Source of the DNA: Spirochaetia bacterium
GTDB taxonomy: Bacteria; Spirochaetota; Spirochaetia; SZUA-6; Bin103
Assembly (NCBI GenBank): GCA_965198005.1
Contig: CBDAOI010000004.1
Span: 64,001 to 128,000, forward strand
Direction of reading: 5' to 3'
Length of the DNA: 64,000 nucleotides
Under the pieces are notes generated by a model that saw only the letters and a list, made by a program, of their open reading frames with translations, searched no databases and had not been told where the DNA came from. This document shows, in pieces, positions 9,226 through 19,067 of the stretch. Positions within the stretch are counted from its first letter, which is position 1. Each line of letters opens with the position of its first letter. Both the position numbers and the translations under genes were made by a program.

Positions 9226-11029
9226 GCCCGGTGCGCACCGCCACCGTTTCCGGCGCCGCGGCCCGGATCCGCTCCAGCGACCCGAACTCCTCCAGCAGGC
9301 GGCGGCTGCGCACCCGCCCTACGCCGCGCACCGCCTCCAGCAGGGACAGCGCCACCCGCTTGCTGCGCAGGCGCTGGTTGAAGCCGGTGGCGAAGCGGTG
9401 CGACTCGTCGCGCGCCCCCTGCAGCACGCGCAGCGCGGCCGAGGCCGGCGGCAGCACGATCGCCGCCGAGCGGCCCGGCACGAACACCTCCTCGTGGCGC
9501 TTGGCCAGCCCCGCCACCGGCAGCCGGTCCAGGCCCAGGGCGCGCAGGATCTGCACCGCCGCGCTCACCTGCCCCTTGCCGCCGTCCACCAGCACCAGGT
9601 CGGGCAGCGGCCGGTTGTCGTTCAGCAGGCGGGTGTAGCGGCGCGCGATCACCTCGCGCATCGCGGCGAAGTCGTCCACCCGATCGCCCAGGGTGCGCAG
9701 CCGGAACCAGCGGTAGGACTGTTTCTCCGGCCGCCCGTCCACGAACACCACCATCGACGCCACCGTGTCGCTGCCCTGCAGATGGGAGATGTCGAACGCC
9801 TCGATCCGGCGCGGCGCGGCGTCCAGCCCGAGCGCGTCGCGCAGGGCGTGCAGCGCCGCCACCCGCTGGTCCTGGTCGGCGCGCTGCTTGCGGCCCGTCT
9901 CCCAGTCCACGCGTGCGTTCTGGTGGGCCATGCGCAGGAAGCGCGCGTGCTTGCCGCGCTGCGGCACCCGCACCGTGATCTGGCGCCCGCGCCCGCCGCG
10001 CGCCGGGCCGAGCGTGCGGTCCAGCGCGCGTTGCAGCAGCTCGACGGCGGCGGCCGGGAGCTGCAGGTACACGCCGCGCGGCCGGGTCTGGATGCCGGCG
10101 TAGAACTGCAGCAGAAAGCTGGGCAGCACCTCGTCCGGCGACGCCGGGTCGACCAGGCGGAAGTGCTCCCGGCCCAGGAGCTGCCCGTGCCGGATCTGGA
10201 ACACGGCGAGCGTGTAGTGGCTGCCGTCGTGGTGGACGCCGACGTAGTCGCGCGCCTCGCGCGAGAAGTCGACCACGTCCTGGTCGCTGCCGCTCACCTC
10301 GCTGATCGTCCGGATGCGGTCGCGGTACTCCGCCGCCTGTTCGAACCGGAGCGCGGTCGAGGCCTGCAGCATCCGGGTGCGCAGCTCGCGGATCAGGTCG
10401 CTGCTGTTGCCGGTCAGGAGCTGGCGCACCGCGGCCACCCGCTCGGCGTAGGCGGCGGCGTCGATCCGGCCCACGCAGGGGGCGGCGCAGCGGCCGATGT
10501 GGAAGTTCAGGCACGGCTGCTCGCGGCGCTTGAACACCTCGCCGCGCTTGCGCAGCGGGAACAGCTTGTCGATCAGGTTGAGGTAGACGTCGATCTGGTT
10601 GACCTTGGGGAAGGGGCCGAAGTACTCCGAGCCGTCGAGCACGATGGTGCGGGTGCGGAACACCTTGGGGTATTCCTCGTTGGTCAGGCGGATCACCGGG
10701 TAGGACTTGCCGTCCTTGAGGTTGATGTTGTAGCGCGGGCTGTGGTGCTTGATCAGCGAGTTCTCGAGCAGCAGCGCCTCGAACTCGCTGTGGGTGACGA
10801 TCACCTCGACGTCCGCGGTCTTGCCCACCAGCACCTGGGTCTTGACGTCGCGCACCGCCGCGGGCCCGGCCGGGTTGAAGTAGGTGCCGACGCGGGCGCG
10901 CAGGTCCTTCGACTTGCCCACGTAGAGCACGCTTCCGCGGCGGTCCTTGAGCAGGTAGACTCCCGGCTTGCGCGGGAGCTGCCGGGCGAGCCCGGTCAGG
11001 TCGGCGGCGGGCTGGGCGCTGGCGGCCAT
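9131..11029 (-). CDS. uvrC: Excinuclease ABC subunit C
   Basis: GIY-YIG PGVY..YVGKS, FDISH, LVDGGKGQ, RDESHRFA, HhH tail. Start placed at ATG 11029. Confidence 0.96.
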   Translation of the reverse strand: MAASAQPAADLTGLARQLPRKPGVYLLKDRRGSVLYVGKSKDLRARVGTYFNPAGPAAVRDVKTQVLVGKTADVEVIVTHSEFEALLLENSLIKHHSPRYNINLKDGKSYPVIRLTNEEYPKVFRTRTIVLDGSEYFGPFPKVNQIDVYLNLIDKLFPLRKRGEVFKRREQPCLNFHIGRCAAPCVGRIDAAAYAERVAAVRQLLTGNSSDLIRELRTRMLQASTALRFEQAAEYRDRIRTISEVSGSDQDVVDFSREARDYVGVHHDGSHYTLAVFQIRHGQLLGREHFRLVDPASPDEVLPSFLLQFYAGIQTRPRGVYLQLPAAAVELLQRALDRTLGPARGGRGRQITVRVPQRGKHARFLRMAHQNARVDWETGRKQRADQDQRVAALHALRDALGLDAAPRRIEAFDISHLQGSDTVASMVVFVDGRPEKQSYRWFRLRTLGDRVDDFAAMREVIARRYTRLLNDNRPLPDLVLVDGGKGQVSAAVQILRALGLDRLPVAGLAKRHEEVFVPGRSAAIVLPPASAALRVLQGARDESHRFATGFNQRLRSKRVALSLLEAVRGVGRVRSRRLLEEFGSLERIRAAAPETVAVRTGLTRETAATLLAHLARQDDTEGAAAAARSAPD

Positions 11030-11184
11030 CGGACGGCCAGTATACCAACGGCACGGCTGCGGGGGGGGGGGCCGGGGCCGGGGCGGTGGCGGCGGCCTCG
11101 GCGGCCTGCGGGCCTTGCGGGGCTGCGGGGGCTGGTCATTGCACGCGATATCGGGCATGGTATACCGGCAGCGCACCTGCACCG

Positions 11185-11257
11185 GGGGGATTAGCTCAGG
11201 TGGTAGAGCGATTGGTTCGCAATCAATAGGTCAGGGGTTCGAGTCCCCTATCCTCCA
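11185..11257 (+). tRNA. tRNA-Ala(CGC)
   Basis: GGGGGATTAGCTCAGGTGGTAGAGCGATTGGTTCGCAATCAAT...GGTTCGAGTCCCCTATCCTCCA. Anticodon CGC and G3:U70 pair. Confidence 0.96.
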
Positions 11258-11647
11258 CTGTAAACATTGGGTGTAGGTCTCGTATTGAGTGAATCAGAGG
11301 GGCAAGATCTGGTTTGGAGGACGATTGCAGCGCAGGGGTGATAAAGTGTCACGCAGGGCGGTGCGAGCGCGTGCGACCGCTGACCTCCTCGGGCGCGTCC
11401 GAGCGTGCGCGGGGCTCTCTCAAAAAAAATCGAAAAAATCGCTCTTGGGCGGCGTTTGGAGCTTGACACGGTTTTCACAGCCCACCTCGGTCCCGCGCCA
11501 ACCCACGCCACCATCTCCCGCACCCGGGCCCTAGCCTGCGCTGGAGCGGCCGCCAACCCCAATCCGGCCACGAAACTCCAAAATCGCCGAACCAAGCCCG
11601 CCACGGCCGCGTACGGCCCCGTCCAAAACCGGGTGTACCATACAGCC

Positions 11648-13369
11648 ATGGAAACCGCCATGGAACAATCAGCATCCCGCACGGCGCCGCCACCGGCCCC
11701 GCCCCCGGCGCCGGCCGCCCCGCTCGACCTGGATCAGCTCGGCGACCGCATCGCCGAACTCTCCGCCCGCATCCAGGCCGCCACCTATGACCTGCTCTGT
11801 GACCTACGCGTATTCGACCGCCGCCACGGCTGGGAAGGCTTCCGCTCCTGCGCCCACTGGCTCAACTGGCGCACCGGCCTCGACCTCGGCGCCGCGCGCG
11901 AGAAGCTGCGCGTGGCCGCCGCCCTGGCCGACCTCAACCACGTGAGCGCCGCCATGGCCTGCGGCGTGCTGTCCTATTCGAAGGTACGGGCGCTTTCTCG
12001 GGTGGCGACCCCGCGCACCGAGGCGCGGCTGCTGGCGGTGGCGTGCGGCGCGACCGCGGAGCAGGTGGAGCGGCTGGTGCGCGGCTGGCGGCGAGTGGAC
12101 CGGGAGCAAGCGGCGGCCGGCGACGATGGCGCGCAGGTGCGCCTGGCGCGGCGCGGGTTGAGCCTGCGGGTGGACGAAGACGGGACGGTGGTGCTGCGGG
12201 GGCGGTTGCTGCCGGAGGTGGGGGCGGTGGTGCTGCGGGCGCTGGAGGCGGCGCTGGAGCAGGTGCCGGCGGCGGCGGCGGACGGCACGGAGTGCACTGC
12301 CTCGCAACGGCGCGCGGATGCGCTGGGGGTGGTGGCGGAGAGCGCGCTGGCCGGCAAGCTGGACCCGGGCGCCGCCGGTGACCGCTACCAGGTGACGGTG
12401 CACGTGGACGCGGCGGCGTTGGCCGCCGGTGAGACTGCCCGTGAGACTGTCCCCGAGACTGCTCGCGACACTGCCTCCGACGCGCCGGAGATTTCCGCGG
12501 AAACGTGCGCCGGTGCTCCGGCCGCGGCAGCGAGCGCCCCGGCTGCGTTGGCAGCCGGCTGCGCTGACGCTGACGCCGGCGCAGTTTCAGCGGAAACGCG
12601 GGGCACCGGCCGGACTGCGCCACCGGCGATGCCGGCAGCACCGTGCGCCGCCGGTGAGACTGCCGCCCAGCCGGTCGCGCCGCCGGTCACGGCTCCCGTC
12701 GCGGACGCCCCTGAGCACCCCGACGCTCGTCACCCCGCCGCCGGCGCGCAGGTCCCCGCACCGGTGGCACCGGCGCCGACGGCCGACTCCACCCGCGCCG
12801 CCGACGCGGCGGTCATCGAACAGGCGAATGGCATTCACCTCGCTGCGACCGCAGCCCGCCGCATCGCCTGCGACGCCGGCCGCGTGCTGGTGGCGCACGC
12901 TCCCGACGGCGCAGTCCTGGAGGTCGGGCGCAGAACGCGCACGGTGCCGACCCCGTTGCGCCGCGCGCTGGAGGTCAGAGACCACCATCAGTGTCAGTTC
13001 CCCGGCTGTCAGCTCCGCCACTGCGACGCGCATCACGTCGTGCACTGGGCGGACGGCGGGGCGACGCGGCTCGAGAATCTCGTTTTGTGCTGTCGCTACC
13101 ACCACCGGGCGGTGCACGAGGAGGGGTTTCAGGTGGTCTCTGGCGCGGATGGGCAGTTTCTGTTCCGGCGGCCGGATGGTACGCCGCTGCCGGCGGTGCC
13201 GGTGGCGCCTCGCTGGGAGGGGGCGCCGCTGGAGCCGACCGAGGCGCGGCTGCGGCAGGCGGGGATCACGATCGGCCCGCATACGGCGACGCCGGAGTGG
13301 TACGGGGAGTCGCTCGACGTGGCGGGGGCGCTCGACCTGTTGTGGGAACCGCCGCCGGCCGGCGGTTGA
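11648..13369 (+). CDS. DUF222 (REP13E12-like) protein with C-terminal HNH endonuclease
   Basis: SCAHWLNWRTG, QRRADAL, ARRIACD, RD..CQFPGC, HHVVHWADGG.T.LENL..LC..HH. Start uncertain (11648 or 11660). Confidence 0.88.
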   Translation: METAMEQSASRTAPPPAPPPAPAAPLDLDQLGDRIAELSARIQAATYDLLCDLRVFDRRHGWEGFRSCAHWLNWRTGLDLGAAREKLRVAAALADLNHVSAAMACGVLSYSKVRALSRVATPRTEARLLAVACGATAEQVERLVRGWRRVDREQAAAGDDGAQVRLARRGLSLRVDEDGTVVLRGRLLPEVGAVVLRALEAALEQVPAAAADGTECTASQRRADALGVVAESALAGKLDPGAAGDRYQVTVHVDAAALAAGETARETVPETARDTASDAPEISAETCAGAPAAAASAPAALAAGCADADAGAVSAETRGTGRTAPPAMPAAPCAAGETAAQPVAPPVTAPVADAPEHPDARHPAAGAQVPAPVAPAPTADSTRAADAAVIEQANGIHLAATAARRIACDAGRVLVAHAPDGAVLEVGRRTRTVPTPLRRALEVRDHHQCQFPGCQLRHCDAHHVVHWADGGATRLENLVLCCRYHHRAVHEEGFQVVSGADGQFLFRRPDGTPLPAVPVAPRWEGAPLEPTEARLRQAGITIGPHTATPEWYGESLDVAGALDLLWEPPPAGG

Positions 13370-13492
13370 TGACGGCCGCGCCACCTGCCGGCGGGATGCA
13401 CCCGCGCCCGCGCATGGTCGAGCTGGCACACGGCCGTGCTGCCTTGACCGGTCAATTTGAGACCTACGCCCTAAACATTGATACATGCTCCG

Positions 13493-13581
13493 CTACTGGG
13501 CGCGAATCACGTTGCGGCCCGGGATGCCGACCGCGGGCGCCGCGGTCAGCAGGCGCTGGTCGCGGTATCGAAATAGGTCAT
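13493..13581 (-). pseudogene. VapC/PIN toxin remnant with large internal deletion
   Basis: ATG overlaps the antitoxin stop. MTYFDTA (PIN N-terminus) is joined out of frame to DQRLLTAAPAVGIPGRNVIRAQ* (PIN C-terminus). Confidence 0.7.
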
Positions 13582-13820
13582 CCGCGGTCGCGGTCCTCCG
13601 CGACGTAGACGCTGGAGTCCCCGGACACCGGCGGCAGGGCATCGAACTCCGGCAACGTGCGACGCTGCCCGAACGGCGTGCTCAGGTCGCCTGGGCGAAC
13701 CGGCAGCAGAGAGGCGAGCGGGCGCCCGCGGTCGGTGATGACCACCCCCTCACCAAGTGCAGCGCTGCGCACCCACTCGCCGGTTTTCAGGTGCAATTCC
13801 CGGATCCCGATACGCTTCAT
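13578..13820 (-). CDS. Phd/YefM family antitoxin
   Basis: MKRIGIRELH...GEGVVITDRGRPLASL pattern. Confidence 0.85.
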   Translation of the reverse strand: MKRIGIRELHLKTGEWVRSAALGEGVVITDRGRPLASLLPVRPGDLSTPFGQRRTLPEFDALPPVSGDSSVYVAEDRDRG

Positions 13821-13951
13821 GTGCACAATGGGTACCATCAATCTGGCCGCAGTCAAGGCGTGTGAGGCGTGTGGCCTTGATACGTGTGAGCCGAGCGTTT
13901 ACGTTGTTTGTCACTTTAGGTGAACAAGATGAAACGTCAAGGAGCGGTACA

Positions 13952-14491
13952 ATGATCGTCTCGCAGGAAACCCTGCAGCGGCTGCTGCAGGAGGGCAGGA
14001 TCGTGGTCGAGCCGCTGCAGCCGGAGCAGCTCCAGCCTGCCTCGGTCGACCTCACGCTCGGCGACCAGTTCCTCAAGGTCGACGAGAACGCGGTCGACCG
14101 GATCACGCTGGACACCGAGGTCCGCTACCTCAACCTGCACGCCGAGGAGATCGTCATTCCCCCGCTGTCGTTCCTGCTGGCGGTCACGCGCGAGCGGATC
14201 AGGCTGCCCAACGACGTCACCGCGTTCGTCGAGGGCCGCAGCTCCATCGGCCGCATGGGGCTGTTCATCCAGAACGCCGGCTGGGTGGATCCGGGCTTCG
14301 ACGGCACCATCACCCTGGAGCTGTTCAACGCCAACCGCCTGCCGATCCGCCTGCGCGCCGGCCGCCGCATCTGCCAGATCGTGTTCGCCCAGCTCGACCG
14401 CGCCACCGGCCACCCCTACCGCGGCAAGTACCAGCACCAGTCCGGCGCGGTCGGCAGCCGCATCCACCTCGACACCCCCGGAGCCAAGTGA
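13952..14491 (+). CDS. dcd: dCTP deaminase
   Basis: QPASVDL, EGRSSIGRMGL, AGWVDPGFDGTITLE, Y.GKYQ. AAGGAG ribosome site before ATG 13952. Confidence 0.95.
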   Translation: MIVSQETLQRLLQEGRIVVEPLQPEQLQPASVDLTLGDQFLKVDENAVDRITLDTEVRYLNLHAEEIVIPPLSFLLAVTRERIRLPNDVTAFVEGRSSIGRMGLFIQNAGWVDPGFDGTITLELFNANRLPIRLRAGRRICQIVFAQLDRATGHPYRGKYQHQSGAVGSRIHLDTPGAK

Positions 14492-14629
14492 GCGAGCGAC
14501 ACTTCTTGAATCTGTAGACACTCCGCGTTTCACCGTGACATATCTCCTACGGCGGTTATGAGGATGACAGAGATTACAAGAGCGGCGTAGAACAAGCCGC
14601 TTCATCCACAACTCCGGCGACGGGCATCT

Positions 14630-15409
14630 TCACGAAGACGGCAGGAGGTGCAGCAGACCCTGCTCGATCAGGGTCTGGAAGTGCAGCACCGTGGTCGCCG
14701 CCAGAGTGCGATCTCGCACCAGGAGTCCCAGCTCGATGTTGCGGTCGAATGCGGCTTCGGTCAGGTTCGCGGAAGTGATGAACACCGCTTCGTCGTCTGC
14801 CACCACCGCTTTGGCGTGGAGCACCCCGCCGGGCCCGTCATCTGCGACGGAACGCGGGTCGTAGTACACCCTCGGGCGGGTCTTGCCGGGCCACGCCTTT
14901 CCCCAGAAGTGATCCGCGAAGCGGCGCACCAGGGTATCCGCCGCGGTAGTGTCGCCGCGCCGGCGTTCGATGTTGAGTAGCAGCGTAACCTTAAGCAACG
15001 GGTTCGCATCCAGCCGCCCGGCGAGCGTCGCAAACGCGGTCGGCCCATCGAAGAACGCGTAGCTGCACACCCAGATCGAATGTTGCGCTGAGCCGATCAA
15101 CTCCTCGTACACCCGGCGCGTGTCGCGCGCGTGCAGCCCGACGACCTCCGGGCCGGTCCAGACGAAGTCGGGCGCCGGCGCTCGGTCCGCCGCGCGCGCC
15201 AGACTGTTCAGCCAGATGACTCCCGCCTCCGGCGAGACGCCGATGCGCTGCCACTCCCGGAGCACCTGCAGGATCCCATCCTGATGGTCGCCGCCGACCG
15301 TCGAGCGGACGGCAACCTCCGAGTACGGTGGGACGAGTTGGCGGGATTCCAACGCGCTCAACAGCCTACTGCGCACGTACGGCGGTAGCGCAAGAAGTGC
15401 GGCGATCAC
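14630..15409 (-). CDS. drmC: DISARM phospholipase D-like nuclease DrmC
   Basis: VWTGP, single HKD motif LHAKAVVADD, TSANLT...NIELG; last gene of the operon. Confidence 0.9.
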   Translation of the reverse strand: MIAALLALPPYVRSRLLSALESRQLVPPYSEVAVRSTVGGDHQDGILQVLREWQRIGVSPEAGVIWLNSLARAADRAPAPDFVWTGPEVVGLHARDTRRVYEELIGSAQHSIWVCSYAFFDGPTAFATLAGRLDANPLLKVTLLLNIERRRGDTTAADTLVRRFADHFWGKAWPGKTRPRVYYDPRSVADDGPGGVLHAKAVVADDEAVFITSANLTEAAFDRNIELGLLVRDRTLAATTVLHFQTLIEQGLLHLLPSS

Positions 15410-15419
15410 GGAGCGCCGA

Positions 15420-17246
15420 TCATGGCACGCCGAAGAACGCGGCTTCCGGGGCGTACAGCGCCGGCGCCACCAGCGCACGGTCCAGGTACTCGTTGCGCAT
15501 CTCGCACGAGGTTTCCGCGATCAGCGCGCAGCCATGGCACGCCGCCCCGTGCAGCCAGCGTTCCTCCATGCTCTGCCCCGGTACGTGCTCGGCGCAGACC
15601 GGATCGTTGGAACACAGCGCCGCGGAATCAAGCGCGTATCGCAAGTGGTCTTCCACGCGGCGCGCTTCCTGGACCAGCCCACCCAGCGTGCCTTCGGCGT
15701 CGGGGCTCGCGGTGTACAGCAACAGGGCGAATCGCTTGCCGTCGTAGTCTGCGTAAATTCGTTCCCGTATCGACGCGGCGGGGTAGCCGCAGCGCATGGA
15801 CAACGACTGGATCAGAAGGTGGGACAGTGTGTGCAGCAGCACATAGGGTCCGCCGGGAAAGTGCCGCTCGCTGTTCCGCTGACGCGCCCAGGCGACGTGG
15901 CCGTCGACAAGCTGGCTCAGCCGCTTCTGCACCGGCTCCCGGCCGAGCCAGTCCATCACGGCGTCCCCGCGGAGCTGCAGAACAATCCCCTCCCCGCGGT
16001 TCTCCACTGCCGGGAACCACGTCGGTTCCAGCGCGATGTCCGCCCTCTCCACCTCGGCTTCGTACTCTCCGTCCACGTTGGGCATCACCGGTTCCAGCCG
16101 GGTGAACCCGGCCAGCGCCAGCACTTCGCGCAGCCGGTGCACCTGGATGACGGACGCGATGCCGTCGCTACGCGTCGACCGGCGCCACACCGACTCTGGC
16201 AGACGCCGAGCATGGAAGTCGGGATCCACGGGCACGTCGTCGCCGAAGCCCTCGGGGACCGCGAGCAGCGCATCGAGCTCTGCGTACTTGATCGGTCGCT
16301 CTGCCCCACCGCCGCCCGAACGCCGCGCCGCGATCGCGTTCAACACCTCGTCGTCCGAAAACGCCGCCAAGCGACCCGCCACGCCCGGGTACTGCTTCAC
16401 GAAGCTGAGCTGTGTCAGATCGTTGACGATCTGCAGTTGTTGCCAAAGCTCTTCGACCGCCTGATCGACCTCTGTGCCGCGGTCCGGCAGAGCGAGGACG
16501 CTCAGCACCTGCGGGAACCAGGCATTCGACGCTGTGCGGATCAGCAGCCGGCTGGGCTGATCACAGGGCTCGTTCGCGTGGCGTCCCAGCCACGGTCTGG
16601 CGCCGCTGCAGGTGCCGAGGGGGAACTTCGCCAGGTCCGTCGCCTCGTGCATGCGGCGCGACTTGCCACACTCGCAACGCACGATCTGCTCCGCCAGATC
16701 GCCGCTGGTGCCGCGCTCGTCCAGCCTGAGTTGGCGGCGGCATTGGTCGCCCGGCCCATGGACGAACCGATGCCAGTCGATGTCGTCCACGTGGCCCCTG
16801 GAGCAGGCACGGACGAATCGGGTGGCCACCACGGGCCTCCTGTCGAACTTCCCCCGATCAAGCGCGGTCCGGCGCACGATGCGCCGCGATCGCGAGCCGG
16901 TCTGTCCCGTCGAGCCGGGGTTGGATTCCTGCACCACGAACCACTCGGGGAACCGCCACGCGCCGATGCCCCGTTGCCGATCCTGCCAGTGCTCCGGCTC
17001 CGGCGGGGGAGCGTACAGCCTCGGACCCTGCACGCCTGTCATGGAGGTCAGCTTGGACGCCAGGCGCGGCTCTTCTATCGATTCCAGGCTGGTCTCGGCA
17101 CCCCAGGTGTCGAGACCACCCACAATGGCCGATTCGTCGGGCAGATCGATCAGCGCTCCCGGCCCGAACGTGGTGATGACCTGGCTGCGCCGCAACTGGC
17201 CGTTGACCTTACCGTTCACTCGCCGCTCCCGCTGAGCCGGCTGCAC
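15420..17246 (-). CDS. drmB: DISARM DUF1998 protein DrmB
   Basis: LRRSQVITTFGPGA, ACSRGH..D, LHTLSHLLI, CSNDPVC...ACHGC cysteine cluster. Start may be GTG 17219. Confidence 0.92.
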   Translation of the reverse strand: MQPAQRERRVNGKVNGQLRRSQVITTFGPGALIDLPDESAIVGGLDTWGAETSLESIEEPRLASKLTSMTGVQGPRLYAPPPEPEHWQDRQRGIGAWRFPEWFVVQESNPGSTGQTGSRSRRIVRRTALDRGKFDRRPVVATRFVRACSRGHVDDIDWHRFVHGPGDQCRRQLRLDERGTSGDLAEQIVRCECGKSRRMHEATDLAKFPLGTCSGARPWLGRHANEPCDQPSRLLIRTASNAWFPQVLSVLALPDRGTEVDQAVEELWQQLQIVNDLTQLSFVKQYPGVAGRLAAFSDDEVLNAIAARRSGGGGAERPIKYAELDALLAVPEGFGDDVPVDPDFHARRLPESVWRRSTRSDGIASVIQVHRLREVLALAGFTRLEPVMPNVDGEYEAEVERADIALEPTWFPAVENRGEGIVLQLRGDAVMDWLGREPVQKRLSQLVDGHVAWARQRNSERHFPGGPYVLLHTLSHLLIQSLSMRCGYPAASIRERIYADYDGKRFALLLYTASPDAEGTLGGLVQEARRVEDHLRYALDSAALCSNDPVCAEHVPGQSMEERWLHGAACHGCALIAETSCEMRNEYLDRALVAPALYAPEAAFFGVP

Positions 17247-17279
17247 AGCTGTCGACCGGCGCCCTTACTACCTCTTGAA

Positions 17280-17864
17280 CTATGCATGGTCAACGCCATT
17301 GAGGAGCGCCTCCAGAAAGCCTCTGAAGCTCGGACTGCGACGAGCGATGGTCTCCGCATCCAGAGTGCGGGCGATCTCCTCCGAGACGCGAGCGGTATAT
17401 CCCTGGCTGAGAATGTTCTTCAAGTGAAGCTTGGGGTTCTCTATCTCGTCCGGACGCGAGTCATCGACTCTTCCCAGGTCGCGCTTGAGATAGCCTCGGA
17501 GATTCCCACCGTCAGCGAAGTACCATGCTTCGAGATGCCGTTGCGCGTGTGCGTATTGCATCTTCTTCTCGATCTCATCGGGTAACCGACGGGATAGTTC
17601 GTCTCTTATCTGACGCACAACCTGATCGGGTGAGTTCCTATCGACATCTACCAGCAGGACGATTTTGTCCAGCTCGGCACCCAGGTTCTCATACCATAGC
17701 GACTTGATGATCTTTTCTGCCACGCCGACATCAAGTGCCTTGTTTCGTGGTGGAATACGCACGTCATCCACCGAAGTGCCCTGCTGCTGGAGATGTGACA
17801 CAAGTTGCGGCAGCGAACGCCGCTCGGTCTCGCCGGAGGCAACGACGACCACGTGACCAGCCAC
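17280..17864 (-). CDS. DUF4276/RloB-like TOPRIM-related protein
   Basis: SGETE, LVDVD, LEAWYFAD, DEIENPK, RSPSF. Coupled to upstream ATPase. Confidence 0.7.
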   Translation of the reverse strand: MAGHVVVVASGETERRSLPQLVSHLQQQGTSVDDVRIPPRNKALDVGVAEKIIKSLWYENLGAELDKIVLLVDVDRNSPDQVVRQIRDELSRRLPDEIEKKMQYAHAQRHLEAWYFADGGNLRGYLKRDLGRVDDSRPDEIENPKLHLKNILSQGYTARVSEEIARTLDAETIARRSPSFRGFLEALLNGVDHA

Positions 17865-17865
17865 G

Positions 17866-18999
17866 TCAAGGCGCCCCGAAGCCCTTCGTCTGATGAAATT
17901 CGCCCAAGCTGAATCCTGAAGCGTTCAGAGCACGGCGAACTCCGTCGGGATTCGCTTCGCGATTGACGGCTGTCCCCTCCCGGTCACCACGTTGTACGAC
18001 GCATACGGAAGCCGGATCGTCCAGTAGATCGAGCAGCAGGGGCGAGTGCGTCGTCACCATGAATTGTACACGGTACTGGGAATCGCGCAGATACTCGACG
18101 AAGGCAGACAGAGCGCTCGGGTGGATGTAGTTCTCCGGCTCCTCGATTCCCAACAAGTTCGTCTCCGGTTTTCCGAGGAGCGCCGTCATCAGTGCTAGCG
18201 TTCGCAGTGTCCCGCTAGACACTCCCATCTGGTGGACAGAGTAATGGAGACCCGGCTCCGACTGCACGAAATAAAACCGATCTTCCGACTCGCGCGTTTC
18301 GATGCCCACCGGGAGACCGACGATGTTCTGAGTCGCAGAACGGATACGGTCTACGATCTCGGGAGACGAACTGGCAAGGGCATGAAGCGTCTCACCCAGG
18401 TTGCGCCCGTAATGATCGAGTCGGCTCGATTCCAGTCCTGACCAGTCACGGCGGAGCAGAAACGGATTCGGATCGAAGAAGCCCCACCGACGCACGAAAT
18501 CAGCGATTTCGCGTGCGGGAAAGGACGCGTCCGCTGCGGCGGCCGCGAGCGCACAGACCGTCGCCGGCTGCTCCATCTCGACTCGCTCGCTCGTGGTGTT
18601 TGACCACCACCAGCCGGTTCCACCGTCGGCCTCCAGCAACACGACTGGTGGAGACTGGGACGGGAGCCGTGCAACACGCTCCCCGACGCGAAAGTGATGT
18701 CCTTGTCTCGTGATCTGAATCGACCATTCGGTAGACTCTTCATCGTCCTGCAGAATCACCGCCAAGTCGATCTGATGCGCTTGCTCACCCTTCCACGCAA
18801 GATTGAGGATACCCCCGCGCGTAAACACCGGTGCTTCGAAGTCACGGGCATGCATTCCTTCATGGAGAAAGCGCAGCGCATCGAGGATGGTGCTCTTTCC
18901 GGCGGCGTTGGCGCCAATGAACAGGTTGAAGTCCTCCAACTTGATGCTCACGTCGCGCAGACTGCGATAGTTCTTCGCCTTGAGGCTCAACAACTTCAT
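17866..18999 (-). CDS. ABC-type (AAA_21/SMC-like) ATPase
   Basis: NYRSL, GANAAGKS, VSSGT, IEEPENYIHP, TTHSP. Confidence 0.9.
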   Translation of the reverse strand: MKLLSLKAKNYRSLRDVSIKLEDFNLFIGANAAGKSTILDALRFLHEGMHARDFEAPVFTRGGILNLAWKGEQAHQIDLAVILQDDEESTEWSIQITRQGHHFRVGERVARLPSQSPPVVLLEADGGTGWWWSNTTSERVEMEQPATVCALAAAAADASFPAREIADFVRRWGFFDPNPFLLRRDWSGLESSRLDHYGRNLGETLHALASSSPEIVDRIRSATQNIVGLPVGIETRESEDRFYFVQSEPGLHYSVHQMGVSSGTLRTLALMTALLGKPETNLLGIEEPENYIHPSALSAFVEYLRDSQYRVQFMVTTHSPLLLDLLDDPASVCVVQRGDREGTAVNREANPDGVRRALNASGFSLGEFHQTKGFGAP

Positions 19000-19067
19000 C
19001 GATCAGACACTCCTCTCAAACAGACTGGCGTAGTGCCCAGCGCTGATTCGTATCGTCCGCTGTCCGT

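Noticed and set aside
11061-11071. G11 tract as a phase-variation switch for uvrC
   Set aside because: It lies upstream of the likely start in an intergenic GC-rich stretch, with no second copy or other evidence of variability.
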